The position numbers and the translations under genes were made by a program. Below are positions 1 to 9,476 of a stretch of 53,213 bases of DNA, piece by piece. Under the pieces are notes generated by a model. That model ran no database searches and was not told where the DNA came from. It saw nothing but the letters and a program-made list of their open reading frames with translations. Position 1 is the stretch's first letter, and each line of letters starts with the position of its first letter. This DNA is from a virus (Duplodnaviria; Caudoviricetes): the IMG/VR virus record IMGVR_UViG_3300021406_000015, positions 1-53,213 of that record; one strand, written 5' to 3'.

Positions 1-49
1 TCCATTACCTCAGACATATTGCTCTCCTTTTGTCCTCTCCCGGAAGACG

Positions 50-313
50 CTACTGCGTAAGCCTGTATTCATACGCTGTCGATTCTTGGCGACGGCGTTT
101 CTCGACGATATGGCCACCATATTTCGCCTTACGAAGATCTCTCAGACGAGCACTCGATGATGAATCACTAATGAGCACCCCTGTTCGCCTTTTGACTTCA
201 GCGCAAAGCTCCCATGGCATGTACCAATTTCCATCTGACATAATCGTAAGCACCAATGCATTGAGAGTTCCAATAGTTGGTGTTTTTTCAAATTCCAATG
301 TTGGTTGTTCCAT
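50..313 (-). CDS. small winged-helix-like phage protein
   Basis: 87 aa ORF with GGAGG RBS; SARLRDLRK...GGH.VEKRR motif recalled from small phage HTH proteins. Confidence 0.6.
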   Translation of the reverse strand: MEQPTLEFEKTPTIGTLNALVLTIMSDGNWYMPWELCAEVKRRTGVLISDSSSSARLRDLRKAKYGGHIVEKRRRQESTAYEYRLTQ

Positions 314-324
314 GGTTCCCCTCC

Positions 325-2028
325 CTAATCCTCGTCATACAATGGCCGTTGCTCATCCCGTTTGCGTGTCCGTTTAGCTGTCGTTACAGTTGTTGTTGGT
401 CGATCATTTGAATATGAAGGCACAATCGAAATCGATTCGCCCTCAGATATAAACTCAATCGTCAACGCCGCATGCGCTGCTACAGCTTTTGATCCAAAAT
501 AAACTTGCTTTACCTTCTCATCGTCCTGTTTTGGCGAAATACTGACTTTCCACTCCCACCACGAATCAATCGCAGATGCGCCACGTGGCTTCTTACTTCC
601 TTCAGTAGAATCTTTCTTGTCGTGATGAACGATTGCGAGATCCACACCTGTCGCATCTTTAATAGAATCGAACCGTTTCATCACTTGAGTCATTGCCGTG
701 TTGCTGTTCTCGTCCGAGCCGTGTAAAACGTTTAACACGTCGAAGATACAAAGTTCAATCTCTTCCTGCTTGATCCACTTAATCACTTCTTCGAGATCGG
801 AATCGCTCTGGATCGAAAAAGAATTTTTTTGCTCATACGTGTTAAACCGTATCCACTTATCAAGCAAATCCCATGTCAAACCTCTGGCGGTTACAAATTG
901 ACCAACGCGGCGCTTGGTCATAGCAGGACCATCTTCTCTACTCACGACTGCGGTACGAACCTGTCGAGATAATATTGGCTGTCCCAACCATGACTGTTGC
1001 GACGCCAGTGCGACAGCAAGGTCCACCGCAAGAAGACTTTTACCCGCCTTTGGCGCTGCAACAATCAAACCCTTACCGCCCTTATGGATAATTCCCGGCA
1101 CCAACCACTCCACGTCTGGCTGACCACGCATAATTTCCGATGGGGGGACAAAGAATGGTCTAATTTCTTTAACAACCTGTACCTCTGGCGTCCAGTGTGA
1201 TGTAGATTTAATGATTGTCATTAAGTCAGAGACAGAATGGTCAGCAATATAGTCTGAAACGTCACCATGCTCTTCCAGTCCCGGCAATTCAACAACTTTC
1301 ACGCTGTGAGCATATCGAGCAACCGACTTCGCTACTTCTTTCGCGTGGATACGTCCCGGCTCATCGTTATCTGGGAAAATAACAGTAATTCTCCCGGCAA
1401 AATATGGCGCATATTCGTCCTTCCATTTTCCTGGACCCGCTCCATCAAAATTGCAGGTTGCCGACACCACTGGCATCGGCTTTCCGTTTGCCAATGATGC
1501 CCACGGCAGTGCTTTTAGCGCGTCTGCATCTTTCTCTCCCTCGGCTACCATCGCCACTTGGCATGTAATTAGCTCTGGAAGATGGTAAAGCGGCTTCGTG
1601 ATGCCTGTCAGACGATAATCCCATCCACCCTTCGCATTTGGTTTTCTTTGTAGGAAGTTCTTTGGTTCATAGCGCAGCTTTTGAAATACAAGTTTTCCGG
1701 TTGCATCTTGGTAATCGTAGGTTGCCACCAGCGTTCCAAGATTACGCTCACCACGCTTGTTTGGCTCCAGCCCACAAATCTTGGTAATCGTTGCCCACCA
1801 TGAATCAAGATCCCCTCCCGGAAACATCATGCGTTCAAAATCTAGAATCCCCCCAGATCCACATCCTGCATGACACATCCATACAGCTTCTGAAAGTTTA
1901 ATGGCCATGCTGGCAGTACGGTCTGCGTGAAATGGACAGCGCACACTGATGGAATCACGAGCCGGTATCTTCTCATCAGGCAACCGATATTCGAAATACT
2001 TGCGGGCTTGCTCAAATGTGAAGATCAC
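325..2028 (-). CDS. DNA primase-helicase (CHC2 Zn finger + TOPRIM + RepA/AAA_25-type helicase)
   Basis: CPFH..CHAGC zinc finger; EGEKDAD and PDNDEPG TOPRIM motifs; Walker A APKAGKS; IVHH and RGASA helicase motifs. Confidence 0.9.
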   Translation of the reverse strand: MIFTFEQARKYFEYRLPDEKIPARDSISVRCPFHADRTASMAIKLSEAVWMCHAGCGSGGILDFERMMFPGGDLDSWWATITKICGLEPNKRGERNLGTLVATYDYQDATGKLVFQKLRYEPKNFLQRKPNAKGGWDYRLTGITKPLYHLPELITCQVAMVAEGEKDADALKALPWASLANGKPMPVVSATCNFDGAGPGKWKDEYAPYFAGRITVIFPDNDEPGRIHAKEVAKSVARYAHSVKVVELPGLEEHGDVSDYIADHSVSDLMTIIKSTSHWTPEVQVVKEIRPFFVPPSEIMRGQPDVEWLVPGIIHKGGKGLIVAAPKAGKSLLAVDLAVALASQQSWLGQPILSRQVRTAVVSREDGPAMTKRRVGQFVTARGLTWDLLDKWIRFNTYEQKNSFSIQSDSDLEEVIKWIKQEEIELCIFDVLNVLHGSDENSNTAMTQVMKRFDSIKDATGVDLAIVHHDKKDSTEGSKKPRGASAIDSWWEWKVSISPKQDDEKVKQVYFGSKAVAAHAALTIEFISEGESISIVPSYSNDRPTTTVTTAKRTRKRDEQRPLYDED

Positions 2029-2768
2029 AGATCATCCTCCACCACTTGTGCGGCAAGCCAATCAGCCGGGTTGCGTGGATCGCCAGCCCGGTACTTACGG
2101 ACCTTTGGTCTTATCGGTTGACCATCGTCACCTTTTGGAAGATAAAGCCCTTGCCAATTTCCAAACGTCGCGGCGTCCAGAATCTGGACGAGGTCGTATC
2201 CCTCTTCATACCACTTTTCCAGTTTGTTTAACGCAATCATTCTTGATCTCCCTATGACTGGAGATTTTTTCTTCTTGCGATTAGCTAGCCATCCATTCCA
2301 AGCCTCTAGAGGAACCCATTCAGGAACTTCGTCTATTTCTTCCTTTTTAAAATCATTCTTGTTATTGTCGCTATTGGCGACAAGGGGTAGTGGCTGTGAG
2401 CGACAACCCTTGTCGCTGTCCGCGACAACCGTAACGCTGTCAGCGGTACCCTTGTCGCTATTAGCGACAGGTATAGGCAAGAGATTATATACACTGGATT
2501 GGTTGTTCCCTTCATCAATTCTGCGGTCAACCCGAACTAAACCAGCAGCCTCTAAATCCTTTATTCCTCGAATGATAGTGTCTTTCGACGTTCCAACCTG
2601 TTCTGATAGTTTCTTCAGGCTTGGAAAACATGAATGGGTTTCGTTGTTCAAAAAGAAGACGATCCCCATATAGGCAAGGTTGGCCTTCCATCCAAGATTC
2701 ATTCTCAGAACGGCTTTTCCAAACCAAGCCCAGTCCCCACCGCGAAGATCACGAACCGAATCGCTCAT
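2025..2768 (-). CDS. replication initiator, N-terminal winged HTH
   Basis: CFPSLKKLSEQVGTSKDTIIRGIKDLEAAGLV HTH; internal VA(N/D)SD repeats; C-terminal WQGLY motif typical of phage O-like proteins. Confidence 0.75.
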   Translation of the reverse strand: MSDSVRDLRGGDWAWFGKAVLRMNLGWKANLAYMGIVFFLNNETHSCFPSLKKLSEQVGTSKDTIIRGIKDLEAAGLVRVDRRIDEGNNQSSVYNLLPIPVANSDKGTADSVTVVADSDKGCRSQPLPLVANSDNNKNDFKKEEIDEVPEWVPLEAWNGWLANRKKKKSPVIGRSRMIALNKLEKWYEEGYDLVQILDAATFGNWQGLYLPKGDDGQPIRPKVRKYRAGDPRNPADWLAAQVVEDDL

Positions 2769-3067
2769 GCATCCTCCAGTTCGGGATCATCACTCTCATC
2801 CTCTTCTGGGATAAATGTACCGGTGAAAAATTGAGCAACTGTGTCAATTTGGCTCCGTGTCATACCCTCTGCCTTCCGATGACATTTCCGACACATCAGA
2901 AGGACGTTCTCTTCTATATACTCGCCGCCATTTTTGCCAGATACTAGACGATGCATATCAAAGTGCTTGCCGTACTCGTACTCAGGAAGCTCGCAAATAT
3001 AACAACACGCCTTCTGTCTCTTTTTCAGCTTCCAGTACAAATCGGTCTTTGGATTTCCATGTCTCAC
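2765..3067 (-). CDS. HNH endonuclease
   Basis: CYIC ... HRL ... GG ... N ... CRKCH. Confidence 0.75.
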   Translation of the reverse strand: MRHGNPKTDLYWKLKKRQKACCYICELPEYEYGKHFDMHRLVSGKNGGEYIEENVLLMCRKCHRKAEGMTRSQIDTVAQFFTGTFIPEEDESDDPELEDA

Positions 3068-3480
3068 TTTCCCCTCCCTTTCTGGCTAATCCATTCATGG
3101 CATTCACGACACAACACAGTAAGGTCGTCAAGATGACGCCATTCATCCCCTCGGTGTTTATATGTACGGTGATGAACCTCTAGTGGTCCGGCAAAAGGTT
3201 CACAACATAAAGCACACCATGGGCGTCTTGTTTTAACATGATCAGAAACCGCTATCCAGTACGGTGTTTGAAGAAATTCCGAGTACGGCATCGAGCTAAG
3301 TTGATCGGCGTCGAGTATACCCAACCAAAAGAGCATTGGAAGTGCGTCCCACGCATCCTGTAGAGTCACTTTTGGATATTTCGTGATGGTATTACGCAGA
3401 CGATTTAACGCCGCTTCGTCGTCCTCAAATGATTTTCCAACCGCACGCATTGCCTCATCGATACGTTCCTGAGTAGTCAT
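3064..3480 (-). CDS. HNH-like nuclease
   Basis: CALC ... LEVHHRTY ... DLTVLCRECH. Confidence 0.75.
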   Translation of the reverse strand: MTTQERIDEAMRAVGKSFEDDEAALNRLRNTITKYPKVTLQDAWDALPMLFWLGILDADQLSSMPYSEFLQTPYWIAVSDHVKTRRPWCALCCEPFAGPLEVHHRTYKHRGDEWRHLDDLTVLCRECHEWISQKGRGK

Positions 3481-3653
3481 TCAAACCCCGCATCGAATAC
3501 AAAGGCACAATTCTCCCGTCGTCACGGACCCATAAAATTACGTGGAGAAAGTTGCCAGCGAATCACCAGCCGCCTTAAAGTTTCGCGGGGCCGTTTGAGA
3601 ACGACCCCGGAACTTTACGCTGGCGGTGGCAGGGTGATCAAGCCCTGCAAAGA

Positions 3654-3681
3654 ATCATAATGATTATTTCGATGCTGTCAA
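3654..3681 (-). promoter_or_regulatory. sigma70-type promoter for the replication genes
   Basis: TTGACA-16 nt-TATGAT on minus strand. Confidence 0.55.
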
Positions 3682-3843
3682 GATGTTTATACTCTGCGCT
3701 TTATGACTTCACAGCGGGTCGGTAACCGGAATGAAACCGACCCGCCGAGATTCTGGCCCGCTTCTCAACCTTGGAGGGGAAAGGGAGCGGGCCACGCGCA
3801 GCAGGGGCGCTAGCCTTGATTAGACTTCAGATCTAAGCCAGCG

Positions 3844-4572
3844 TCAAGACTTCCTTTTTCTGCTGGCTCCCTTTGCTGGCGGCGACATTGGCGGCAGTTC
3901 TGTGGCCGCTACAGCGCTCTGTGCTGACAGCATGGCCTCATACTCTTCCTGAGAGCCTTGCCAGTCTACAGGGGGCTCTGGGTGCTCTACGTGAGCCGTT
4001 GCTGCTAGGATCTCCTTCTCCTCAGCATCAGCGTCAAGGTCCGCTTCTGTCGGCTCGCCGGGCGGAACAACCACAACCTTCTCTTCGACCGGCTGAGCTT
4101 TGTCCGCAGTGTCAAAAAATTCACTGATGGCTGCTGCGGACTTCTCCACAGACTTTTCCACCTGTTGTGGAAATTCCAGCAGTTGAGGACCGCCATTGCC
4201 TTCGAGGGGTAAATCTAATTGCCTCTCCGCGACCGTCTGAGCGCGTACCTTAACCAACTCGCCAGTGTCTTTGCGAAAATACGAAATTTCTCCGACTGAC
4301 GGCTGATCCCATCCCAAGGAACACTCGATTTGGCGAATCTCGAAACCAGTGTTAAGGGTTCTCGAAAGAGAACCAATTTTGAGTTCCAACGCTGACTTGC
4401 GCTCTTTGATTTGCGCCTTCATCGCGGACTCTTCTTCGTCAAGAGACTGCTTCTCTTGGTAGATGCCGCCGATTTGTTTACCCATATCGGCCAGTTCTCT
4501 ATCAGAAAATTCGTACCTCAACGCAACCGTTTCCATCATGATTCTTGCTGGCATCTTCTCTCTCCCGGACAA
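3844..4572 (-). CDS. hypothetical phage protein (coiled coil, acidic tail)
   Basis: 242 aa ORF in operon orientation. Confidence 0.7.
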   Translation of the reverse strand: MSGREKMPARIMMETVALRYEFSDRELADMGKQIGGIYQEKQSLDEEESAMKAQIKERKSALELKIGSLSRTLNTGFEIRQIECSLGWDQPSVGEISYFRKDTGELVKVRAQTVAERQLDLPLEGNGGPQLLEFPQQVEKSVEKSAAAISEFFDTADKAQPVEEKVVVVPPGEPTEADLDADAEEKEILAATAHVEHPEPPVDWQGSQEEYEAMLSAQSAVAATELPPMSPPAKGASRKRKS

Positions 4573-4610
4573 CTAAATTAGAGAGGGACGATTAAAGCGT
4601 CCCTCTCCCC

Positions 4611-4665
4611 ACGCCAAACCTCGCCTAGCCCGACCGCGCCGAACCACGCCATACCTCACCGTGCC
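4611..4665. repeat. 11 tandem degenerate pentamers (GGYNN on minus strand)
   Basis: acgcc aaacc tcgcc tagcc cgacc gcgcc gaacc acgcc atacc tcacc gtgcc. Confidence 0.85.
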
Positions 4666-4698
4666 ATACAACACTTGCGTCCAGATTCTGGATTGTTT

Positions 4699-4731
4699 AA
4701 AAAAGGGGAGCATGTTTTCACGCTCCCCTTT
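4699..4731 (-). terminator. intrinsic terminator
   Basis: AAAGGGGAGC/GCTCCCCTTT stem plus T-tract just after the SSB-like gene. Confidence 0.75.
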
Positions 4732-4736
4732 GTACC

Positions 4737-5318
4737 TCAGAAGGGAATGTCGTCGTCGCTAATACCGGGATCAGATGAATCCTCTTCCGGAGGTCCTTCT
4801 TGATTTACATTCTCTTCCTTGACGGGCGCTGATCGCTGTTTGGTTGAGACATTGCTTTGAGGTTTGTTCTTGAGGGCCTTCCCAAACAACGTATCGAGTT
4901 GCCGAATCTCTTTCGTAGTCAGAGCTTCCGTCTGCACGCCTTTTAGGCCGGTGGAAATATCCCACTTTTCTCTTAACTGGCCGTCTTGGCCGGTTTCATG
5001 CTTACACCATAGATCAACTTGCTGACCAACCAAATTGACAGACTGTGCATGTGCTGGGTCGATTTGTCCAAAACTGGACCCCGTAAAGCCGATGGCTTCC
5101 AGTTTCGGTATGACAAAATCAATCGTCTTGTCTGTGATCGTAAGGTAGATAGTTCTCGCGTTTTGAAACTTATGCGGATCATAGCTACCATCCTCGTTTG
5201 GAATACCGAGAATCTTGACTCCCAACACAACTTGGTAGTTGCCGGTCTTCGCTTTGGAGAGTGCCTGATTCTTGATCTCTCCGATATGCACGCCTTCTTG
5301 GTACTGAGGTCCACTCAT
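4737..5318 (-). CDS. single-stranded DNA-binding protein (DUF669-like)
   Basis: acidic C-terminus DDDIPF; directly follows Sak4-like gene. Confidence 0.7.
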   Translation of the reverse strand: MSGPQYQEGVHIGEIKNQALSKAKTGNYQVVLGVKILGIPNEDGSYDPHKFQNARTIYLTITDKTIDFVIPKLEAIGFTGSSFGQIDPAHAQSVNLVGQQVDLWCKHETGQDGQLREKWDISTGLKGVQTEALTTKEIRQLDTLFGKALKNKPQSNVSTKQRSAPVKEENVNQEGPPEEDSSDPGISDDDIPF

Positions 5319-6208
5319 TGCTGCACAGCCTTTCTGCTCTCTTTGAGGGCGGTTGCAAAGCTATTCCATCCATCCTTGGCTGTTTCACCCAACTCGATCT
5401 CTTCCGGCAACCCAAGTCTGTTCTTGGCGTCGTAGGTTGGATTATCTGAGTTGGTGTACAGAATGCGCGGAGCTACATCGGCAACCTTCCCCTTCTTCAT
5501 CGGATCAACCGCCTTTCCTCCACCGCGAACTGTAACCTCAAAGTTGCCAAAGAGAATGCAGTCAAGCCACCCTTTCGTAAGGCTCCATGTCTTCTCGTGA
5601 AGTTCGGGAGCGTAACGGTCGAAATCTGGACCGGCTGGGTTCTTGAAAGTCTTCACGCGAGAATGGAACAAAAACACAATCGTCATCCCGCGTTCTCTCT
5701 GTAATTCATCAAGAGAGTTAAGGAACATACGCCAGTCCGCAAGAGAGACCTCGTAGCCGCGCATGTAACCCATAAACCCACGGTCGGTCCAGTCGCCTGA
5801 AAAGTCGCGCTCACACACAAACTCATGCATAAGACGCTCGGCACCGTTGGCTGTATCGAGCACCATTGTTTTGAATGAGTGCTCTTCTTTGCGAAGGAAG
5901 GTTACGGCAGCAAGCACGTCAGCCCAAGTAAGTAATTCTGGAAGGTGGGGTATTTCTGGAAGTTGACCTGTTTCAATCAACTTTTGGAGCCCGGTTTCGC
6001 CGCGTGTTGTCAAAAATATCGGCGATGGCGAATAGGCGAAGAGTGAAGTTTTTCCAAAACCGATAGGGGCATAGCACCCATAACGATTCGGTGTGTTCAC
6101 TTTACTCGTCACATCCGTAAGCGAAAATACTCTTGCGGCAATTGATTGTGTGTTTGCGACTGTTCCCAACTGCGGTAGCCGGGGAGCACGCGGTTCTGCA
6201 ATAGCCAT
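5315..6208 (-). CDS. Sak4-like AAA_24 ATPase / single-strand annealing protein
   Basis: Walker A GFGKTS, VLDT Walker B, C-terminal AKNRLGLP. Confidence 0.85.
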   Translation of the reverse strand: MAIAEPRAPRLPQLGTVANTQSIAARVFSLTDVTSKVNTPNRYGCYAPIGFGKTSLFAYSPSPIFLTTRGETGLQKLIETGQLPEIPHLPELLTWADVLAAVTFLRKEEHSFKTMVLDTANGAERLMHEFVCERDFSGDWTDRGFMGYMRGYEVSLADWRMFLNSLDELQRERGMTIVFLFHSRVKTFKNPAGPDFDRYAPELHEKTWSLTKGWLDCILFGNFEVTVRGGGKAVDPMKKGKVADVAPRILYTNSDNPTYDAKNRLGLPEEIELGETAKDGWNSFATALKESRKAVQQ

Positions 6209-6220
6209 ACTTCTCCTTTG

Positions 6221-7282
6221 TTATGTTGCTTTCTCCTGTTGACGCTTCATTTCCAAGAAAAACTGCTCAGTGGATGAGTGCCAAAGAGATCCAAACCAAA
6301 GAGCCTCCCGCTCCTCTTCATCCATCTTTTCAACCCCGAGTTCATATTTCAATTGAAACTTGCGACGACACGTTTGGAAGCATCTGATTCGACTGTTCGT
6401 CAAAATCTCCGTACCACGCCCGTCATTCAATACCGGCAGTTCAGGATGAACCCACTCTTTCGTAGTCCATTTCCCACTCTCAAGATCATCGTGTCCGCTG
6501 CACAACCCAAGGTAAGTGCATGGCGAATTATAGAGAAAACATGCCCCAGAATTACGTGGCCACCGACCACTGTTTCTCGCCGCAAGAATGTCTAGGGAGT
6601 GCCCCCACAATTCAATACCGTACTCTCTGATTTCAGCATCAAGACGTGGAATACGTCTACGCTGAAAATACCACTCAGGACGCTCCTTAGAGCAATCATA
6701 AGCGAGACGCGCCGAGTACATCATGTCGGTTTCTCTGCCGTCCTTGCCTAGAGAATCAAGGTCTGAGTCGCCGAGTGCGTATTCGCAATACACTTTGCTT
6801 TCAAGAACCGCTTTTGCATCAGCTTTCGACAGTGCTTTCGGGCTGATACCGGGCTTCCGACATACATCCCATAAAGCATAGTCAACTTTCTCGCCGTTGA
6901 GCCACGACAGAAGCATATAGTGTGTCGCTTGTCCCTCAACAACGAGTTGTCGCCAATAAGGGCCATTCGGATCGGTGATATCTTGCGAGGCAGTCTTGTG
7001 GTCTGGAATGACCTTTTCGCCAGTCTTGATGTCCGTCATGCGAACATCAAGTTTGCCTGCAAGCGTAAACGAACGACTCCTCCGCTGGGTTTCTGGATTA
7101 TAGAGATCACTCGTAATAACTGTTTCTACAGAATCGATTTTGTATGGAGCTTCGCGCCATCTCGCATCATATCCAATAAGCAAACCAAGACATTTTGCAG
7201 CGATCAGACGTTTGCTTGGATCGGCATCTTCAAGGACAGGCGACAGGACTTCACGGCCTGCATTTAATGGAAAATCGTTCAC
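6221..7282 (-). CDS. PD-(D/E)XK RecB/Cas4-like exonuclease, apparently circularly permuted
   Basis: GKLD, DHKT, Q..HY and C..PC.Y..LC motifs; the normally N-terminal SRIRCFQTCRRKF...FGSLWH segment is at the C-terminus. Confidence 0.85.
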   Translation of the reverse strand: MNDFPLNAGREVLSPVLEDADPSKRLIAAKCLGLLIGYDARWREAPYKIDSVETVITSDLYNPETQRRSRSFTLAGKLDVRMTDIKTGEKVIPDHKTASQDITDPNGPYWRQLVVEGQATHYMLLSWLNGEKVDYALWDVCRKPGISPKALSKADAKAVLESKVYCEYALGDSDLDSLGKDGRETDMMYSARLAYDCSKERPEWYFQRRRIPRLDAEIREYGIELWGHSLDILAARNSGRWPRNSGACFLYNSPCTYLGLCSGHDDLESGKWTTKEWVHPELPVLNDGRGTEILTNSRIRCFQTCRRKFQLKYELGVEKMDEEEREALWFGSLWHSSTEQFFLEMKRQQEKAT

Positions 7283-7314
7283 GTTCCCCTCCGGTTGATG
7301 ATAATATTACGCGC

Positions 7315-7503
7315 ATGGGCTCGAAAAAGAAATCCGAAAAACTATCTAAATCAGATCCTGCGTTTTATGCAACGATTGCGCGGATTGCAGGAGAAAAACT
7401 ACTTAAAGAACGTGGGACCTCATATTTTAGTAAACTTGCGGCCAAGAGCCACCCGAGATCGGAATATAGAGGCGGCAGACCTAAGAAGACCCCTGACGCT
7501 TAG
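7315..7503 (+). CDS. small basic protein (KGG/stress-protein-like repeat)
   Basis: DPAFYATIARIAG / GTSYFSKLAAK repeat; divergent from nuclease gene. Confidence 0.5.
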   Translation: MGSKKKSEKLSKSDPAFYATIARIAGEKLLKERGTSYFSKLAAKSHPRSEYRGGRPKKTPDA

Positions 7504-7723
7504 CTTTGTACACCTTCGTTTCCCTGTCCAGAAACTGGACGATATCCATAAGGCACTTTGACTCGAAAATCTTCCCTCCAGTGACGAAGAACGAATACTT
7601 TCGCCACGGACCATACCAGCCGATTACTCCCAACTCCGCACCATCTTGAACAGAGACAACTTTCCAGACATCCGTCTTACGACCGGGCAGCTTTTTGCCA
7701 AGGATGAAGTCGATGTAGCTCAT
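7481..7723 (-). CDS. hypothetical phage protein
   Basis: ORF coupled to upstream ORF by ATGA overlap; LGVIGWYGPWRKY motif. Confidence 0.55.
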   Translation of the reverse strand: MSYIDFILGKKLPGRKTDVWKVVSVQDGAELGVIGWYGPWRKYSFFVTGGKIFESKCLMDIVQFLDRETKVYKAKRQGSS

Positions 7724-7886
7724 TCCACTTTTTTCCCGCACTGCTCTTTCGCATTCGGGCAGATCCACAATCCTTCTCGCGCCTGCCGTAACATCTCATC
7801 CTCAACTCTGAACTTCTTGGCGTGCTCCAAGCACTCTTTACAGAAGCGCAGTTTCGGAATCTTGGCTGCGATATTACGACACCGCT

Positions 7887-8168
7887 TCACCATTTCTCGT
7901 ACCTCTTTGATGCAGGCTTTCGCCTTGGCTTGTATCGTTGAAATGTGAATACTCTCTGCCCTCCGTTCCGTTCTGCACTTCTGGCAAGGTTCACCCGCAT
8001 CTCGACTTCGAGTTCCCACCATCTTCCCATTAATACCTTATAGCGTCCTTCGCGGATCTTGTGAGAGTTAATTACAAGCCATGTTCGCTCCCGTTTATCC
8101 CCTACATTGGTCTGGACGAGATCCCCACGCTTGGGGCCGGGACCGTCCAGTACGTCCATGGTGATCAT
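7887..8168 (-). CDS. hypothetical protein
   Basis: 93 aa ORF with start/stop overlap to upstream ORF. Confidence 0.55.
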   Translation of the reverse strand: MITMDVLDGPGPKRGDLVQTNVGDKRERTWLVINSHKIREGRYKVLMGRWWELEVEMRVNLARSAERNGGQRVFTFQRYKPRRKPASKRYEKW

Positions 8169-8314
8169 CCCTTACGTTCTCTGAATGCCTTCTCCATAGA
8201 TCCGCGAATCCAACTTGCCGGAAGAAATAGTACAGCCAGCGCTAGTACAATTCGGACACGCCATAGGGCAATGGCCGCGCCAATCAATACCCATATCCAC
8301 CAGTGATAAATCAT
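8165..8314 (-). CDS. small membrane protein
   Basis: 49 aa hydrophobic ORF MIYHWWIWVLIGAAIALW..., below ORF-track cutoff; fills the gap between neighbours. Confidence 0.5.
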   Translation of the reverse strand: MIYHWWIWVLIGAAIALWRVRIVLALAVLFLPASWIRGSMEKAFRERKG

Positions 8315-8316
8315 CG

Positions 8317-8778
8317 TCATCCTTTACGCTTCAGCCGGTCGATCTCGGCGGCACATAATGCGGCTCCACGTTTGAGGTTCTTGATTGGATCAGGGGACGG
8401 CTTCCACCACTCAGCCGACCACGGCCACTGTAGGGGAGTCCCTCCACCGGGATTCGCTCCTGCAAGCTGATCGGTCGCAAACGCTACGTAGCACTCTGCT
8501 GCTGCGGCAAGTTCACCTTTGATGTGCTCGTCATCGTGTTCTGGTGAGAAGCCTTCCTCGCGAATCTGCCGGTTACGCTCAAGCGCGATTATGTCAGCCC
8601 CACTTGTCGGGTCCTTAATGGGCTGAGTCAACGTGTGTTCCGAAGGTCCTTCTTGCTTCCGCCACACACCCTCACTGAAAACAAGAAAGTATATCTCACC
8701 ATAAGAACTGAGAGCCCAAATGGCTGCACGAAGATTCTTGGTTTCGTTTTGAACTGCGATTTGCGTAAATCTCATCAC
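8317..8778 (-). CDS. conserved phage protein
   Basis: ERNRQI.EEG..PEHDD...GELA.AA..Y...WPW..EWWKP...GAAL.AAEIDR motif common in phages. Confidence 0.75.
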   Translation of the reverse strand: MMRFTQIAVQNETKNLRAAIWALSSYGEIYFLVFSEGVWRKQEGPSEHTLTQPIKDPTSGADIIALERNRQIREEGFSPEHDDEHIKGELAAAAECYVAFATDQLAGANPGGGTPLQWPWSAEWWKPSPDPIKNLKRGAALCAAEIDRLKRKG

Positions 8779-8999
8779 CCCTCCGATATTGGTCTATATC
8801 CCATCTTCCGATACGTTGACCGCCATCCCTTGAACCGTTCTACGGCCCGGTCGGCAGATTCTTCTTTCTTGTAGACGTGGTACGGCTGATAAATTGCCCA
8901 AGTCTTACCACCATCACGAGACTCTTCGATGATCCAGATCGGTCGCTGGCCAGTGACGAACTTGGGCACTTCCCCTCCATGCTCGCAATTATCCGTCAA
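8775..8999 (-). CDS. hypothetical protein
   Basis: 74 aa ORF overlapping next start. Confidence 0.45.
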   Translation of the reverse strand: MTDNCEHGGEVPKFVTGQRPIWIIEESRDGGKTWAIYQPYHVYKKEESADRAVERFKGWRSTYRKMGYRPISEG

Positions 9000-9189
9000 G
9001 CGCAGAGTATGCGCAAGTTCTATTTTATCCAGATTCTGGACAGGCCGGGATTTCCACCCGGTTTTGCCAGCTAGGAGTGAGGATGGTTTGGTTTAAACGG
9101 GGATTTACTTCAAGGTGGGAACAGAAACTACGTAGAAGATTCGAAGGGACTGGCGATTGAGGTAATGATGCGCTCAAAAGCGCAGAATG

Positions 9190-9456
9190 TCAAGATTCTT
9201 CTTTTCCTAAAATTTCATCCATCATGGCGTCCATATCGCGACGCCACTCCATTAGTGCTTTGCTATCTGGAGAGGCATCATATTCTGCACGGCTGGCGTT
9301 ATAGATAGCGCGAAACTTCTTTACGGTTTCAGCAATTCTTTGCTCACGCTGTTCTGGTGTCTCTTTCCGATGTGTCCATCGAAACCATAAAGTACGAGGG
9401 AATCGACATATATCAAACCACAACCACCAAAGACGAGATGGATAATTTATGGCCAT
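9190..9456 (-). CDS. hypothetical protein
   Basis: 88 aa ORF; TG-G-TAGATT 6 nt upstream of ATG (leaderless-type). Confidence 0.55.
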   Translation of the reverse strand: MAINYPSRLWWLWFDICRFPRTLWFRWTHRKETPEQREQRIAETVKKFRAIYNASRAEYDASPDSKALMEWRRDMDAMMDEILGKEES

Positions 9457-9476
9457 GGAAGTAATCTACCAGAAGG

